Positions 28,246-38,663 of a stretch of DNA of 64,000 nucleotides are shown here, piece after piece (within the stretch, counting starts at the first letter, position 1; the number at the start of each line of letters is the position of its first letter). The DNA comes from Candidatus Woykebacteria bacterium (GTDB lineage: Bacteria > Patescibacteriota > Microgenomatia > Woykebacterales > RBG-16-39-9b). The notes under the pieces were generated by a model, which did no database searches, was not told the DNA's origin, and saw only the letters and a program-made list of their open reading frames with translations. The translations under genes were made by a program, and so were the position numbers. The stretch lies in contig JBBDPM010000001.1 in the NCBI GenBank assembly GCA_040876345.1, forward strand, positions 192,314 to 256,313, in the 5' to 3' direction.

Positions 28246-29127
28246 TTACACCTTGAGGTATTTTCGCGTCGCTATTAAAGCACCTATCGACCCGATAATA
28301 ATACCGAAGGTTATCTCGGCAAGTAGGAGATATAAAAATATGACTTGGTTGATAGGAAAAATTGGTATATCTGCTAAAAATTTGTCCAAAAACGGACTAA
28401 TCCAGTAGACCCCAAGCCATACAAATGCTGTCGCCAAAATAGCAGCAGACACCCCGTAAAAAATTCCTTCCATAATAAATGGGGTACGAATATACCATTC
28501 AGTCGCACCGACCAAACGCATTGTTTCTATCTCATCTTTGTGTAGGGAAATGTTTAGGCTAATCACAATAAGAGTTGTGAGAATACTTGTGATAATTAAG
28601 AATACTACAATAGAGGCTCCGACGTTACGAATAGCTTTTGTCCAGGAAGAAAGAGTTTTCACCACGTCTTTTTGGAAAACTACGTCTTCCACAATTTGTT
28701 CTTTAGATACAATATCGGCAATCTCTTCCAAGTCGTTGATATCTTTAGTAGATATTTGGAAAGATGCGGGAAGTATATCGGATGTTACAAATTCGGTAAG
28801 CAGTGGTTCCTCTTGATTTCTCTCTTTATATATCTTCAGGGCTTCTTCTTTTGAGATAAATTTGATATTTTCTATTTTCCCAGTCGAGACAAGCTTTTGC
28901 TCAAGAGAGTCGATGTCCCCCTGACTAGTCCCTTCTTTAAAAAAAGCATCTATTTGGGGTTTTGATTCAAAATAGGAAAGTGCAGCGTCTGAGCCGAGAC
29001 TTATCATTACAAAAATACCACCGACAAAAAAAGTTAAAAACATGACGAAGACAGCTCCGACTGAGTGATAAGGATTTCGACTTATCCTCTGCGTTGTTGT
29101 TCTTATAAGTCTTGATAGATTATTCAT
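28246..29127 (-). CDS. ftsX: cell-division ABC permease FtsX
   Basis: 4-TM FtsX topology with large periplasmic loop. Immediately follows ftsE with overlap. Confidence 0.75.
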   Translation of the reverse strand: MNNLSRLIRTTTQRISRNPYHSVGAVFVMFLTFFVGGIFVMISLGSDAALSYFESKPQIDAFFKEGTSQGDIDSLEQKLVSTGKIENIKFISKEEALKIYKERNQEEPLLTEFVTSDILPASFQISTKDINDLEEIADIVSKEQIVEDVVFQKDVVKTLSSWTKAIRNVGASIVVFLIITSILTTLIVISLNISLHKDEIETMRLVGATEWYIRTPFIMEGIFYGVSAAILATAFVWLGVYWISPFLDKFLADIPIFPINQVIFLYLLLAEITFGIIIGSIGALIATRKYLKV

Positions 29128-29843
29128 TTATGGATTTTTTCCTTTGCAGAAACGTTTTTCTTAGAATCTGAGAAAACTCTTCCTTCTTTAATTTCTAGTT
29201 TCCGGTGGGGAAGGTTTGAACTTATGTCCAAATTATGAGTCGCCATTAATATAGTAGTTCCAAGGCTGTTGAGTTTTGCAAGAAGCTGCATTACCTCCCA
29301 GGCAGATTGCGGATCAAGGTTTCCAGTGGGCTCATCTGCCAACAGCACGTCGGGCCTCATTATCATTGCTCTTGCAATTGCTGCTCTTTGCTCCTCACCT
29401 CCAGAGAGTTGGTAGGGGAAGTGATAGGCTTTATCACTCAGGCGAACAAGCTCTAACATCTCCTTTGTTGCACGAGAGATTTCTTGATCAGAAAGTCCGA
29501 GAATTTCCATAGGGAAAGAGACATTTTCAAACACCGTCTTTTGGGGTAGAAGCTTAAAATCTTGAAAAATTGTTCCAACTTTACGACGAAGGTGCGGCAA
29601 TCTTTCCATTGGTAGGTGAACAATGTCCCATTCATCTACGTATATTTCCCCGTGTGTTGGGAACTCCTCACGAATTAAAAGTTTAAGGAGTGTTGATTTA
29701 CCGGCTCCAGATGGACCAGTCAAAAAAACAAACTCAGAATCATCTATCCCAAGATTTACGTTGGAAAGGGCGAAGATCCCATCGTATTTTTTAGAAACGT
29801 CTTTAAACTCTATCATGGCAGTTGCCAGATTCAAGGATAGCAA
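29124..29843 (-). CDS. ftsE: cell-division ATP-binding protein FtsE
   Basis: Walker A GPSGAGKST, ABC signature LSGGEEQR, Walker B LLADEPTGNLD. Confidence 0.9.
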   Translation of the reverse strand: MLSLNLATAMIEFKDVSKKYDGIFALSNVNLGIDDSEFVFLTGPSGAGKSTLLKLLIREEFPTHGEIYVDEWDIVHLPMERLPHLRRKVGTIFQDFKLLPQKTVFENVSFPMEILGLSDQEISRATKEMLELVRLSDKAYHFPYQLSGGEEQRAAIARAMIMRPDVLLADEPTGNLDPQSAWEVMQLLAKLNSLGTTILMATHNLDISSNLPHRKLEIKEGRVFSDSKKNVSAKEKIHK

Positions 29844-29943
29844 AATTGAATCACAAAATCAAACGAAGGGGATTTAGGGAGTCATGAATTACCAATATGA
29901 GGTATTAATTACGATGTTACATAAAAGTACCCGGCACCCGTAA

Positions 29944-31092
29944 CTAATCATTTGGAGTTAATCTGATTTCGGCTTCGATGAACTCGGTTAGTTCTCCATT
30001 TAAAACTTTTTCGGGATCTTTCGACTCTAGACCTGTCCGCAAGTCTTTGACCATTTTATATGGGTGCAGTACATAAGATCTAATTTGTGTTCCCCAAGAG
30101 GCAGATATGCGTCCTCCTTTTAGTTTTTTCTCCAAATCCTGTTGTTCTTGCTCCTTGATTTTTGATAGTTTTCCCAGAAGTACCTTCATAGCATTTTCTC
30201 TATTTTGGGCCTGGGAGCGCTCGGATTGACAAGTAACAACTATACCAGTTGGTTTGTGACGCAGTCTTACGGCAGAGCTAACCTTTTGAACATTTTGTCC
30301 ACCAGGAGCAGAAGCACGAAAAGTTTCAAGCTCTATATCGTCTGCTTTTACGCCCACTTCACCTGTGCCCTCAATAACCGGTAAAACTTCAACCAAAGCA
30401 AAAGAAGTTTGACGTAGCGAGTCGGCGTTAAATGGCGATTGTCTTACTAGTCGGTGAGTGCCTGCTTCGTTCTTCAAAAACCCGTAGACCTTGAGTCCTT
30501 CTATTTCTACAGTCGCTGATTTTACACCAGCCTCTTCGCCTTTGGTTTCATCCAACAGTTGTGTATACCAGCCCTTATTTTCCGCAAAACGAAGGTACAT
30601 GCGAAGCAATATCGCCGCCCAATCCATCGCTTCCACACCGCCTTGACCGGCGTGGATTGAAAGTATGGCAGAATTAGTATCATATTTTCCAGAAAGAAAG
30701 AGACTATCTTCTAACTTAGACAAACGTTGTTCGATATTATAGAGTTCGGATTTAAAATCCTCGGTATTGTCTTCTGTTTCTTCAGAACGATGTTGAAGAT
30801 CGACAAGTTCTTTTGTAGCGGTAAGACTTTCCTTCAACTCATTAATCTCATTTATTTCTTTTTGAAAGTCTGAAATTTTTTGCATGGTTTTTTGAGCCGA
30901 AAAAACGTCTGCCCAAAAATCACTTTTCATACTTTCTGCTTCAAGTTCTCTTAAGTTTTTTCTTTTTTCCTCTAAATTAAGCTTTGCAACTAAGGCAGAT
31001 AGTCTCTCATTAAGATCTTTTATTCTGGTTTTTATTTCTTCCATAGGCCTCATTATACTAAAAAGCGAGCTGTTGTGATGCTGTTTTGACAA
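29944..31092 (-). CDS. prfB: peptide chain release factor 2
   Basis: SPF tripeptide (RF2-specific), GGQ motif ([10 protein letters not shown]). No internal in-frame stop/+1 frameshift site. Probable true start at MEEIKTRI (31044), 7 nt downstream of a TATAAT. Confidence 0.85.
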   Translation of the reverse strand: MSKQHHNSSLFSIMRPMEEIKTRIKDLNERLSALVAKLNLEEKRKNLRELEAESMKSDFWADVFSAQKTMQKISDFQKEINEINELKESLTATKELVDLQHRSEETEDNTEDFKSELYNIEQRLSKLEDSLFLSGKYDTNSAILSIHAGQGGVEAMDWAAILLRMYLRFAENKGWYTQLLDETKGEEAGVKSATVEIEGLKVYGFLKNEAGTHRLVRQSPFNADSLRQTSFALVEVLPVIEGTGEVGVKADDIELETFRASAPGGQNVQKVSSAVRLRHKPTGIVVTCQSERSQAQNRENAMKVLLGKLSKIKEQEQQDLEKKLKGGRISASWGTQIRSYVLHPYKMVKDLRTGLESKDPEKVLNGELTEFIEAEIRLTPND

Positions 31093-31104
31093 TTAGAACT
31101 TATA

Positions 31105-31797
31105 GTGGTTAAATACCCTCAACTTATGCCTTATTCTAGATTTGGTGAAAAAGTTTATATAGGAGGGCAGTGGGAGTCGAAAAAAAAGTATAACTCTTTG
31201 TCCAATGTTTTTCCAAAAATTTTTACCGCCTTCGGATTGGCGGTACTTCTAGGGTTTTTTGTGAGTCTGGGAGTTTTTTTCAGCGCCTTTTCTAGTTGGT
31301 TTGGAGAAAATCCCAAAAGTTCAAAACAAACTTCTGCTTCTCTTCTCAGATTTAATGATGAGGTCCAGGCAAGCCAAGCTTCTGGGGAGGAGATAGCGTT
31401 TTCCAGGAGCAGTGTTGATCCGAGCGCTCTGCGCGTAAATAGAAAAATCCAATGGCCGATTAAAGGTTACGTAACGGGCGGTTTCAATAGTTACCATCAG
31501 GGTATTGATATAGGTGCACTTTACAACACCCCAATTTATCCCTTTATGGAGGGCAAAGTCTTAAAGGTAGTCTATAATGGCGCGAATCTGGGCAGATATG
31601 TTGAGATACAACACGAAGGCTCTCTTAAATCACTCTACGCCCACATGAATTTCATCGCCGTAGAGAAGGGCCAGAAAGTAACTCTTCGCACCAAGATTGG
31701 AAGCGTCGGGTTGACAGGTTACACAACCGGTCCACACCTTCACTTTGGTCTTTTCGACCACACTAGGGCAGTCAATCCCCTGTTGTTTTTACGCTAG
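31105..31797 (+). CDS. M23 family peptidase
   Basis: N-terminal TM. GIDIGALYNTPIYPFMEGKV and GPHLHFGLF motifs. Confidence 0.7.
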   Translation: MVKYPQLMPYSRFGEKVYIGGQWESKKKYNSLSNVFPKIFTAFGLAVLLGFFVSLGVFFSAFSSWFGENPKSSKQTSASLLRFNDEVQASQASGEEIAFSRSSVDPSALRVNRKIQWPIKGYVTGGFNSYHQGIDIGALYNTPIYPFMEGKVLKVVYNGANLGRYVEIQHEGSLKSLYAHMNFIAVEKGQKVTLRTKIGSVGLTGYTTGPHLHFGLFDHTRAVNPLLFLR

Positions 31798-31805
31798 ACA
31801 AATCT

Positions 31806-32204
31806 CTATCTAGATTCATGGAGCAGTCCTAAAGAAGCGCCCCAAACAACGTGGAGAATCAAAGTTAAAAATATCACTTGACCAGCTCTAGCTTCTGGAT
31901 AGGTTGCTTCCTTGAAAAATACTGAAACACCACCTAGTATTAACATTAAAACCCACACCAGCACTCCGTAAATAGCACCTCGGGCGGTCGGAGTTCCAGG
32001 AAGGAAAGAATTAAACCAAGAGCTATAAATATAAGCAAGAGCTACGGATAAGACTACTGCGATTATCCAGGAACCAAATTGGGCACTGGAAAGTTGGAGA
32101 ACTGCACTCCAACCACCATAAGTTCCGAGTACACCGCCAACAATAAGAGCTAAGATAGCCGAGCCAAAACCAGATTTAAGTACACGAAGATCCATTTTTA
32201 CCAC
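31806..32204 (-). CDS. hypothetical membrane protein
   Basis: 132 aa, 4 TM helices. Confidence 0.35.
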   Translation of the reverse strand: MVKMDLRVLKSGFGSAILALIVGGVLGTYGGWSAVLQLSSAQFGSWIIAVVLSVALAYIYSSWFNSFLPGTPTARGAIYGVLVWVLMLILGGVSVFFKEATYPEARAGQVIFLTLILHVVWGASLGLLHESR

Positions 32205-32290
32205 CCCCTTTCACTTCGAAGTTGTCAGTGTAAAGTTTTGTGAGTCAGAAAAGGACTTTAATATTATATTATCGGCCTAGGAAACATGAG

Positions 32291-33319
32291 TCAAGTAGGA
32301 AGTTGTAGTTCTTTTTTGGGATTGATACGAGAGGGAATAATTATTAGTGACAAGCTTATTATAACAATAACTATAGATTGCGGTATTATTCTTGAAAAGA
32401 CAACTTTTTGGGCTATAACATTTAACAAATTTACCAGAAGATTAGCTGACTGTCCAAGTGTGCCGACCAGAGAACTTGCATACCCAGAAAGGAGATAGAA
32501 AGTTAGACTTACGATAATCAATAATGTTGATGAGATGAGTAAGGACCAGCCGATCCATCTGACTGCCGATCTAAAAGAGCCCCACTTTATAAGTACAATT
32601 AAAGACAAGAGCGCTACTAATGCACCAAATCCTGCATTCAAGGCAATAGGAAGTTTAGAAAGCGGTTTTCTAATGTCAGTAAGAACTTCTCCAGGGGTTT
32701 TGTCAGATTGAATCTTGTTTGGTTCAGGTCTAGTGATAACTTCTTTTTCGGTAAGGATTAATTGGTCTGGTAATTCATCAAGAAGGTTATCGAAATCCCC
32801 ATTAGTTATCTCATTCAATAGCGCCTTTGGTGATGTTTGGGCTGGCCTGCATTCTGGAATTCCCTCCTGACTTTCCTCTTGGAGATTTTTAAATTGGTTA
32901 TTTGTACATTTGGGCAGACTTTCAATTTTCTTTAACAACATTTTTTTAGCTTCGGTCAAAAATGTATTTTTGTACTCCCTCAGATTGTATTCTAGATTCA
33001 TATTGTCTTTTTCCGAGAGTAAGTATGGGTAGGAACCATCGATCGTTTTCTCGACTTCTGTTTTTAAGGTTTCTGGAGGAAAAGTTTTATCAACAAGGCT
33101 TGTTAGATCATCTTCGCTAATAAGTGATATTTTAGCTCCAGATTCAACCAGGTCCGCTATTGCAAATCTGGTTATTTTTTCATAAAAACCGACCCTTTCT
33201 ATCGAGTCTTTCATCGCCTCTTTGTTTAAAACAACAGCTTGTAAGTTGAAGATAAATATGGTTATAACAAAAAGCGGCATGAAAAGAGTTACTATAAGAG
33301 TGCAGAGAAAATTTCGCAT
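32291..33319 (-). CDS. hypothetical membrane protein with large extracytoplasmic domain
   Basis: N-terminal TM, about 200-aa soluble region, C-terminal TM bundle. Confidence 0.4.
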   Translation of the reverse strand: MRNFLCTLIVTLFMPLFVITIFIFNLQAVVLNKEAMKDSIERVGFYEKITRFAIADLVESGAKISLISEDDLTSLVDKTFPPETLKTEVEKTIDGSYPYLLSEKDNMNLEYNLREYKNTFLTEAKKMLLKKIESLPKCTNNQFKNLQEESQEGIPECRPAQTSPKALLNEITNGDFDNLLDELPDQLILTEKEVITRPEPNKIQSDKTPGEVLTDIRKPLSKLPIALNAGFGALVALLSLIVLIKWGSFRSAVRWIGWSLLISSTLLIIVSLTFYLLSGYASSLVGTLGQSANLLVNLLNVIAQKVVFSRIIPQSIVIVIISLSLIIIPSRINPKKELQLPT

Positions 33320-33358
33320 CTAAAGTATATTAAATCAAAAAACCTTGATCCAGGCAAG

Positions 33359-34597
33359 CTAGCGGCCGAATAATGGTACACCAAGGGCTCTAGTGAGCCA
33401 AAAATAAATTAAAAATAGTATTAAGATGAAGGCTCCGTAAAAATACCACACGGCTTTACCAGATTTTGCATCTCTAAAAGTCCAGCGGCTGTTTAGTAAG
33501 TAATTGAAAACAAGGACAATTGGTATGGTCAGAGCTTTTGCCCCGAGGTCATAAATGTTGAAAAACTTATTAAATAATAGCAGGCTAGTTTGTGAAAGTG
33601 CTAGGCCACCTAATGACACAAACTGAAACACTAAAAATCGACTTAAGAGAGATTGTTCCACCTTTCTTTCTGAAAAAGTCCAAATACTATTCCAAGTGAA
33701 GCTCCAAAGTATGGCTAGTTCCACGGCGATTGGGTTTGCCTTGAGAGGATCAAGCCCAAGGATGCGTGTCAGAGCGATAAATATGCCGTAATCTACAAAT
33801 GTATTGGTTGCCCCAACTACAGAAAAACGCCAAAAGGTACGATAGTGGTAGATTAAATAAAAGATTTTGTCCAGCAGTGTCCCTTCTTTTTCTGAATGGT
33901 AAAGTCGGATTTTAAAAAGATCAACAAGCATTTTTAGCGAGTCTTTAACAGGGTGGACGCTACTTCGTGGATCATTGTACCAAAGAGTTGGGACCTCGGC
34001 TATTTTCAGCCCCTTTTTAGAAGCACAGTAAAGTATCTCCACATCAAAGCCAAAATCAAAAATCCTTTGGTTTTCAAAGATCCCATAAGTGGATTCTCTT
34101 TTGAAGAGCTTAAAGCCACACTGCGTATCAACTATTCCTTTAACCGTCAGGGTTTGGACTAAGATATTGAAGGTGCGGCCCATGTATTCTCGGAGGGGAT
34201 TTTGTCTCTTTTGAACAGTGGAGCGCTCAAGGGCTCGAGAGCCGATGGCGACATCATAACCGTCATCGATCTTACTTATTAACTTTTCGATTTCTTCAAT
34301 TGGAGTTGAGCCATCTGCATCAGTGAAAAGGATGAGATTTCCCTTGGAGGCCAAGACACCTTTGTTGACGGCGTAGCCTTTTCCAGCGAATGGAGATTTT
34401 TCTAAGCGTAAAACCTTAAGGTTTTGAATCTTGCCTTCAAAACTTTGGGCGACTTGGCCGGTTCCATCTGTACTTGCATCATCGACAACAATGACTTCGT
34501 AGCCTTCAGGATTTTTATTTACATAGTCGGCAATTTTCCGAAGTGTCTTCGGAAGACGTTCCTCTTCGTTGAATGTGGGTATGATTATGGAAATCAT
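33359..34597 (-). CDS. GT2 polyprenol-phosphate glycosyltransferase fused to GtrA-like membrane domain
   Basis: IIIPTFNEE...VVDDASTDGT DPM1-like GT2 core and C-terminal 4-TM GtrA-type segment. Confidence 0.75.
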   Translation of the reverse strand: MISIIIPTFNEEERLPKTLRKIADYVNKNPEGYEVIVVDDASTDGTGQVAQSFEGKIQNLKVLRLEKSPFAGKGYAVNKGVLASKGNLILFTDADGSTPIEEIEKLISKIDDGYDVAIGSRALERSTVQKRQNPLREYMGRTFNILVQTLTVKGIVDTQCGFKLFKRESTYGIFENQRIFDFGFDVEILYCASKKGLKIAEVPTLWYNDPRSSVHPVKDSLKMLVDLFKIRLYHSEKEGTLLDKIFYLIYHYRTFWRFSVVGATNTFVDYGIFIALTRILGLDPLKANPIAVELAILWSFTWNSIWTFSERKVEQSLLSRFLVFQFVSLGGLALSQTSLLLFNKFFNIYDLGAKALTIPIVLVFNYLLNSRWTFRDAKSGKAVWYFYGAFILILFLIYFWLTRALGVPLFGR

Positions 34598-34682
34598 GAG
34601 GCCTTACCCCTATTATCTTCTAAATGTAAATAATATGTCAACGAATTTTGACATTAATTTGATTTGGGAATAAGATAAAAAT

Positions 34683-35942
34683 ATGAACCCTGCCCAGAGT
34701 GGAAAACCTATTTTGCAGCCCCCCTCCCCATTAGCTCGTCCAACCCTACATGCACCTTTAGCTTCCCCTGGGCGCCCGCAAATTCCTTTAGCTAAACCTA
34801 GTCTTGCTCAAACGCCAGTTTTACAAGAGCGGTCAACATACACACCAGGACAAAGAGACTTGAAGGGAAACCCAAAAGGAAAAATATCAAACCACACCCC
34901 CCTAGAAAATCAAGAGTTAAAAGATCTTTTGGTCGAGGTTGGTAGGGTGCTCTTAATGACCCAGATTTATAGAATTGCCCACCCGATTGTCCAGAATAAA
35001 CTAAATGATCTGTCGGACAACATGATCAGGACCGTAAATAAATATGGACGGTTAGTTATATCAAATCGGGAAGACCAACTTTTTATAAACGGTTTTCTAG
35101 AAAACGTAGGTGCCGGGCCCTTAAGAAAACTTATCGACACTTATAAGTTTTTAAAGGTGTCCAGTTTTGAGTTTGAAAAAGGGGTTACCAGACAGGAGAT
35201 AGCCTCGTTTTTTTCACTTGTTGTAGCTCAGAAAGCTTCAAGAAAAACTGGCAACATAAAGGAGGTTCTTCAGAAAGCGGGGCTTGTCCATATCAAGCCA
35301 ATCTTTCTTCAATATATTGAGGTTGATGATATCCCTAAGGATGTTCCAGAGCCGAAAAACGTAGATGCAGAGGTGTTCAAGAATCTTAAAAAGGGTAGCA
35401 GCGGTGGAGAAGGGGGCGAGGAGCAAGTAATAGCCGATTTCCTTCAAGGCAAAGTTGGTGAAGTTCCAAAAAAAGTAAATAGCTTTCTTTTGGAGCATCC
35501 AAAAGCAGCCGCTTTGACCATCCTTAAATTAATTGATGAGTATGAAGACCAAAACTTAGATAGCTTCAGCGCCTTTCAAGCATTTGTTCAATCCATTAGT
35601 CACTATATGGCCAGACTTTCCAGACTTATTGACAACCCCGATAAAGTGGCAAACACCCTGGAAAAATTGGAGAAACACCTTGTAGTGAGACTAAAATCTC
35701 TAAAGAAAGATCGTAAGTATGTTTATGAAACAAGGAAACAGATAAGTGACGCTCTTTCTTGGGTGGCGGCTGAACAGATACTTTCTCATTATAAATTGGC
35801 AAAAGAAAGTCTTGCTAACGAAGAGATAATTGTAGCGTCGGCAATCGAAAAAAGAAAAGTGCCGAATTTAACCTTGTTCAGAGAGCGTTTAGCCGAGATT
35901 GGATTATTCCAAAGCACACTTGGAGTTTATCTGAAAAAATAG
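34683..35942 (+). CDS. hypothetical protein, Pro-rich N-terminus
   Basis: 419 aa; no recognisable catalytic motif. Confidence 0.4.
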   Translation: MNPAQSGKPILQPPSPLARPTLHAPLASPGRPQIPLAKPSLAQTPVLQERSTYTPGQRDLKGNPKGKISNHTPLENQELKDLLVEVGRVLLMTQIYRIAHPIVQNKLNDLSDNMIRTVNKYGRLVISNREDQLFINGFLENVGAGPLRKLIDTYKFLKVSSFEFEKGVTRQEIASFFSLVVAQKASRKTGNIKEVLQKAGLVHIKPIFLQYIEVDDIPKDVPEPKNVDAEVFKNLKKGSSGGEGGEEQVIADFLQGKVGEVPKKVNSFLLEHPKAAALTILKLIDEYEDQNLDSFSAFQAFVQSISHYMARLSRLIDNPDKVANTLEKLEKHLVVRLKSLKKDRKYVYETRKQISDALSWVAAEQILSHYKLAKESLANEEIIVASAIEKRKVPNLTLFRERLAEIGLFQSTLGVYLKK

Positions 35943-36047
35943 CCAATCTTTTCAGTAAGCATATAACCAATCGTCTGGTTGTCCGTTTACTTTTTTTACT
36001 GAACCGTCTAAATTTAAACAGCCTCCCTACACAAAAACTCACCTTCA

Positions 36048-36368
36048 ATGTTTATAAGATTACTTCTACTTACGACAGGAATCACTTCTTTTATGTACTT
36101 CTTGATGCCCCAAAAATTTGAAAATTTTGACCCAAAGAAAAAGGACGTGCTAGGTATTCAAACAATTAATGCAAATTTGAATATTAGTACTATTGAGACT
36201 ACTCTCATGGCATATTGTATAAGTGAGGGAGTACTGCCTGAAAATCTAAATAAACTTTACGAGGGTTATTTAAGTCAAAAAAGAAGGCTAGATTTAGACA
36301 AACTATTTAATTACGAGGTCAAAAGTAACTCGGATTGCACTTATGATTTAGAGCCTCTCTTTTCCTAA
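36048..36368 (+). CDS. small hypothetical secreted/membrane-anchored protein
   Basis: 106 aa, N-terminal hydrophobic helix. Confidence 0.3.
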   Translation: MFIRLLLLTTGITSFMYFLMPQKFENFDPKKKDVLGIQTINANLNISTIETTLMAYCISEGVLPENLNKLYEGYLSQKRRLDLDKLFNYEVKSNSDCTYDLEPLFS

Positions 36369-36429
36369 CTGTGATCTTGAACTCCTTCGCCAATAGAGTT
36401 ATGATTCTTAAAAGGGAGGTGAAAACCTT

Positions 36430-36915
36430 ATGACTTATTCTGCCAAGGTTAGCCTTTTTCTGCTGAGGCTAGGAATTGGGTGGGTGTTTTTCTATGCTGG
36501 TTGGTCCAAAGTCATTACGTTCTTTACGGATACGAAAAACTGGACGGCCGCGGGATTTCTGATCGGTGGTGCAAAAGACCCAACGCATATTTTTGCTCCT
36601 CTTTTTGAATCACTGGCCGGTAACACCACTATCGATTATCTTAATGCTTACGGACTCTTATTTATCGGAATTGGTCTTTTATCGGGCGGTATGGTAAGGC
36701 TGGCGTCTTTATTTGGGATTATTCTAATGCTTCTCTATTACCTTCCCGGTTACCCACCAGAAAACGCCTTTATAATCGATGATCACATAATTTACTCTTT
36801 AGTCTTAATTTTTCTGGCAGCAGCTGGTGCTGGAAGAATGTGGGGATTGGATAAAAACATAGAAAAATGGCCGATGGTGAAGAAAAATCCCTGGCTAGTT
36901 AAAATCCTCGGATAG
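36430..36915 (+). CDS. DoxX family membrane protein
   Basis: LLRLGIGWVFFYAGWSKV DoxX N-terminal signature. 4 TM. Confidence 0.7.
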   Translation: MTYSAKVSLFLLRLGIGWVFFYAGWSKVITFFTDTKNWTAAGFLIGGAKDPTHIFAPLFESLAGNTTIDYLNAYGLLFIGIGLLSGGMVRLASLFGIILMLLYYLPGYPPENAFIIDDHIIYSLVLIFLAAAGAGRMWGLDKNIEKWPMVKKNPWLVKILG

Positions 36916-36929
36916 GCCCTTACCTTGAA

Positions 36930-38189
36930 ATGAAGAATACTGCCGTATCAAAGGTGGTGATTGTTGGTGCTGGTTTTGCCGGCGTCAGAGTTGCCCTAGA
37001 TCTTGCAAAATCTAAGTATCCTCAAGAAATAATTCTAGTTAACAAAAATTCTTACCACGAGTTTCACGCTGATCTTTATGAGATAGCCACCACCACACTT
37101 CCGGAGCCGCAAAGAAAACAAATATCTCGATTTACCTATGAAAACTTGAAAGGTTCGGTTGCCATACCCTTAGAGCAGATTTTTAAAGGTACAAACGTCA
37201 AAATTATCACCGATACAATAATCTCACTCGATCTAGAAAGTAAGAAGTTAGCGTTAGAATCTAGCAAGCCACTATTTTATGATGTCCTAGTTCTTGCTCT
37301 TGGAAGCGAGACAAACTACTTTGAAATTTCAAATTTGGAAAAATACTCTCTTCCCCTGAAGACAGTAGATGATGCTCTTAATATCAGGGACGAAATCGAC
37401 GAGATCTTCATGAGGAAGAAGAATGGCGATAAAATTTCGATCGTAGTTGGGGGTGGGGGTTTCACTGGGGTTGAGTTTGCCTCAGAATTAGTCGGATTTT
37501 TAAAAGATTTAAGTTTAATTCACGTGCATAAGGGACATGATGTTAAGCTGTCGGTAGTTGAAGCATGCCCAGCTTTGATAAATGGTGTCTCTCCTTCAAT
37601 TCAGGATGAAGCGAGGAAACGCCTTGAGCACTTAGGAATTCGACTGTACTTGGACAGCAAAATTACAAAAGTTACCAAAAAAATCGTTTATGCCGAACCA
37701 CACTTGGCTATCCCTTACGATTTGCTTGTCTGGACAGCCGGTATAAAGGCAAACAGTTTAGTCTCATCTCTAACTGGAGTTCATGTCGAAAAAACTTGTT
37801 TAGTGGTAGATAAGACCTTACGAGTTATACATTTTAGAAATGTTTTTGCGGTTGGTGATCTAGCCTACTGCTTTGATGAGGAGAAAAGCTGCCCAGTTCC
37901 CTCAACTGCCCAAACCGCAATTCACCAAGGCAAACATACGGCAATAAATATCGCTAGATTTCTAAAAAAGGAGGACCTCTTGCTTTATAAACCCAAAATG
38001 CCAAATTTTATTATTCCGCTTGGAGGCAAATATGCAGCCGCCCAAGTTGGCAACGTTATTATCAAAGGTACTCAAGCTTGGTGGTTAAAAAGAGCTGCTG
38101 CCCTTCGTTATTTTTCCTCTATCTTACCAGCTGCGGATGCCCTGAAAGTATGGGCTTCTGGTAACCGCTTCTTTGTAGCCAATGATTAA
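36930..38189 (+). CDS. ndh: type II NADH dehydrogenase / FAD-dependent pyridine nucleotide-disulfide oxidoreductase
   Basis: Two GxGxxG dinucleotide folds (VVIVGAGFAGV, VGGGGFTGVE). Confidence 0.75.
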   Translation: MKNTAVSKVVIVGAGFAGVRVALDLAKSKYPQEIILVNKNSYHEFHADLYEIATTTLPEPQRKQISRFTYENLKGSVAIPLEQIFKGTNVKIITDTIISLDLESKKLALESSKPLFYDVLVLALGSETNYFEISNLEKYSLPLKTVDDALNIRDEIDEIFMRKKNGDKISIVVGGGGFTGVEFASELVGFLKDLSLIHVHKGHDVKLSVVEACPALINGVSPSIQDEARKRLEHLGIRLYLDSKITKVTKKIVYAEPHLAIPYDLLVWTAGIKANSLVSSLTGVHVEKTCLVVDKTLRVIHFRNVFAVGDLAYCFDEEKSCPVPSTAQTAIHQGKHTAINIARFLKKEDLLLYKPKMPNFIIPLGGKYAAAQVGNVIIKGTQAWWLKRAAALRYFSSILPAADALKVWASGNRFFVAND

Positions 38190-38249
38190 ATTTTAGGTAT
38201 TGACATATGCAACTTAGTTGCATTAGTATACTTAGAATAGTAAAAAATT

Positions 38250-38663
38250 ATGCAGCTGACCGATTATCTTAGAAAAATAGGGGCTCGGGTAACCCCGGCC
38301 AGAAGATCTATCCTTGGGGCAATTGCTGAATCTAGTAAACCAATCTCCGCTGATGAAATTGGTGTTAAATTGATCAAAGATGGGTTTGAAGTAAATAAAA
38401 CCACTATTTACCGCGAGCTAGAGTTTCTAAAAACGGAAAATCTAATTCGCGAAATAGATTTTTTGGATGGTAGGAAAAGGTATGAGGCAACCTCCTATGG
38501 TCACCATCACCACGTAATCTGTAAAGCATGTGGTGGTGTCGAAGAGCTAGGATCCATCCCCGAATATTTCATAAACACTTTTTCCAGAAAGTCCCAGTTT
38601 TTAATACAAGATCATAATTTAGAATTTTTTGGTCTTTGTCAGAGTTGTCAAAAGGAGGTCTAA
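38250..38663 (+). CDS. Fur-family metalloregulator (probably Zur)
   Basis: TPARRSILGAI...HHHHVICKACG metal-site pattern. Directly precedes ZIP transporter. Confidence 0.75.
   Translation: MQLTDYLRKIGARVTPARRSILGAIAESSKPISADEIGVKLIKDGFEVNKTTIYRELEFLKTENLIREIDFLDGRKRYEATSYGHHHHVICKACGGVEELGSIPEYFINTFSRKSQFLIQDHNLEFFGLCQSCQKEV

Noticed and set aside
29944-31092. Looked for the programmed +1 frameshift (CUU UGA C) typical of prfB
   Set aside because: The RF2 ORF is continuous with no in-frame UGA near codon 25. Autoregulatory frameshift absent here.
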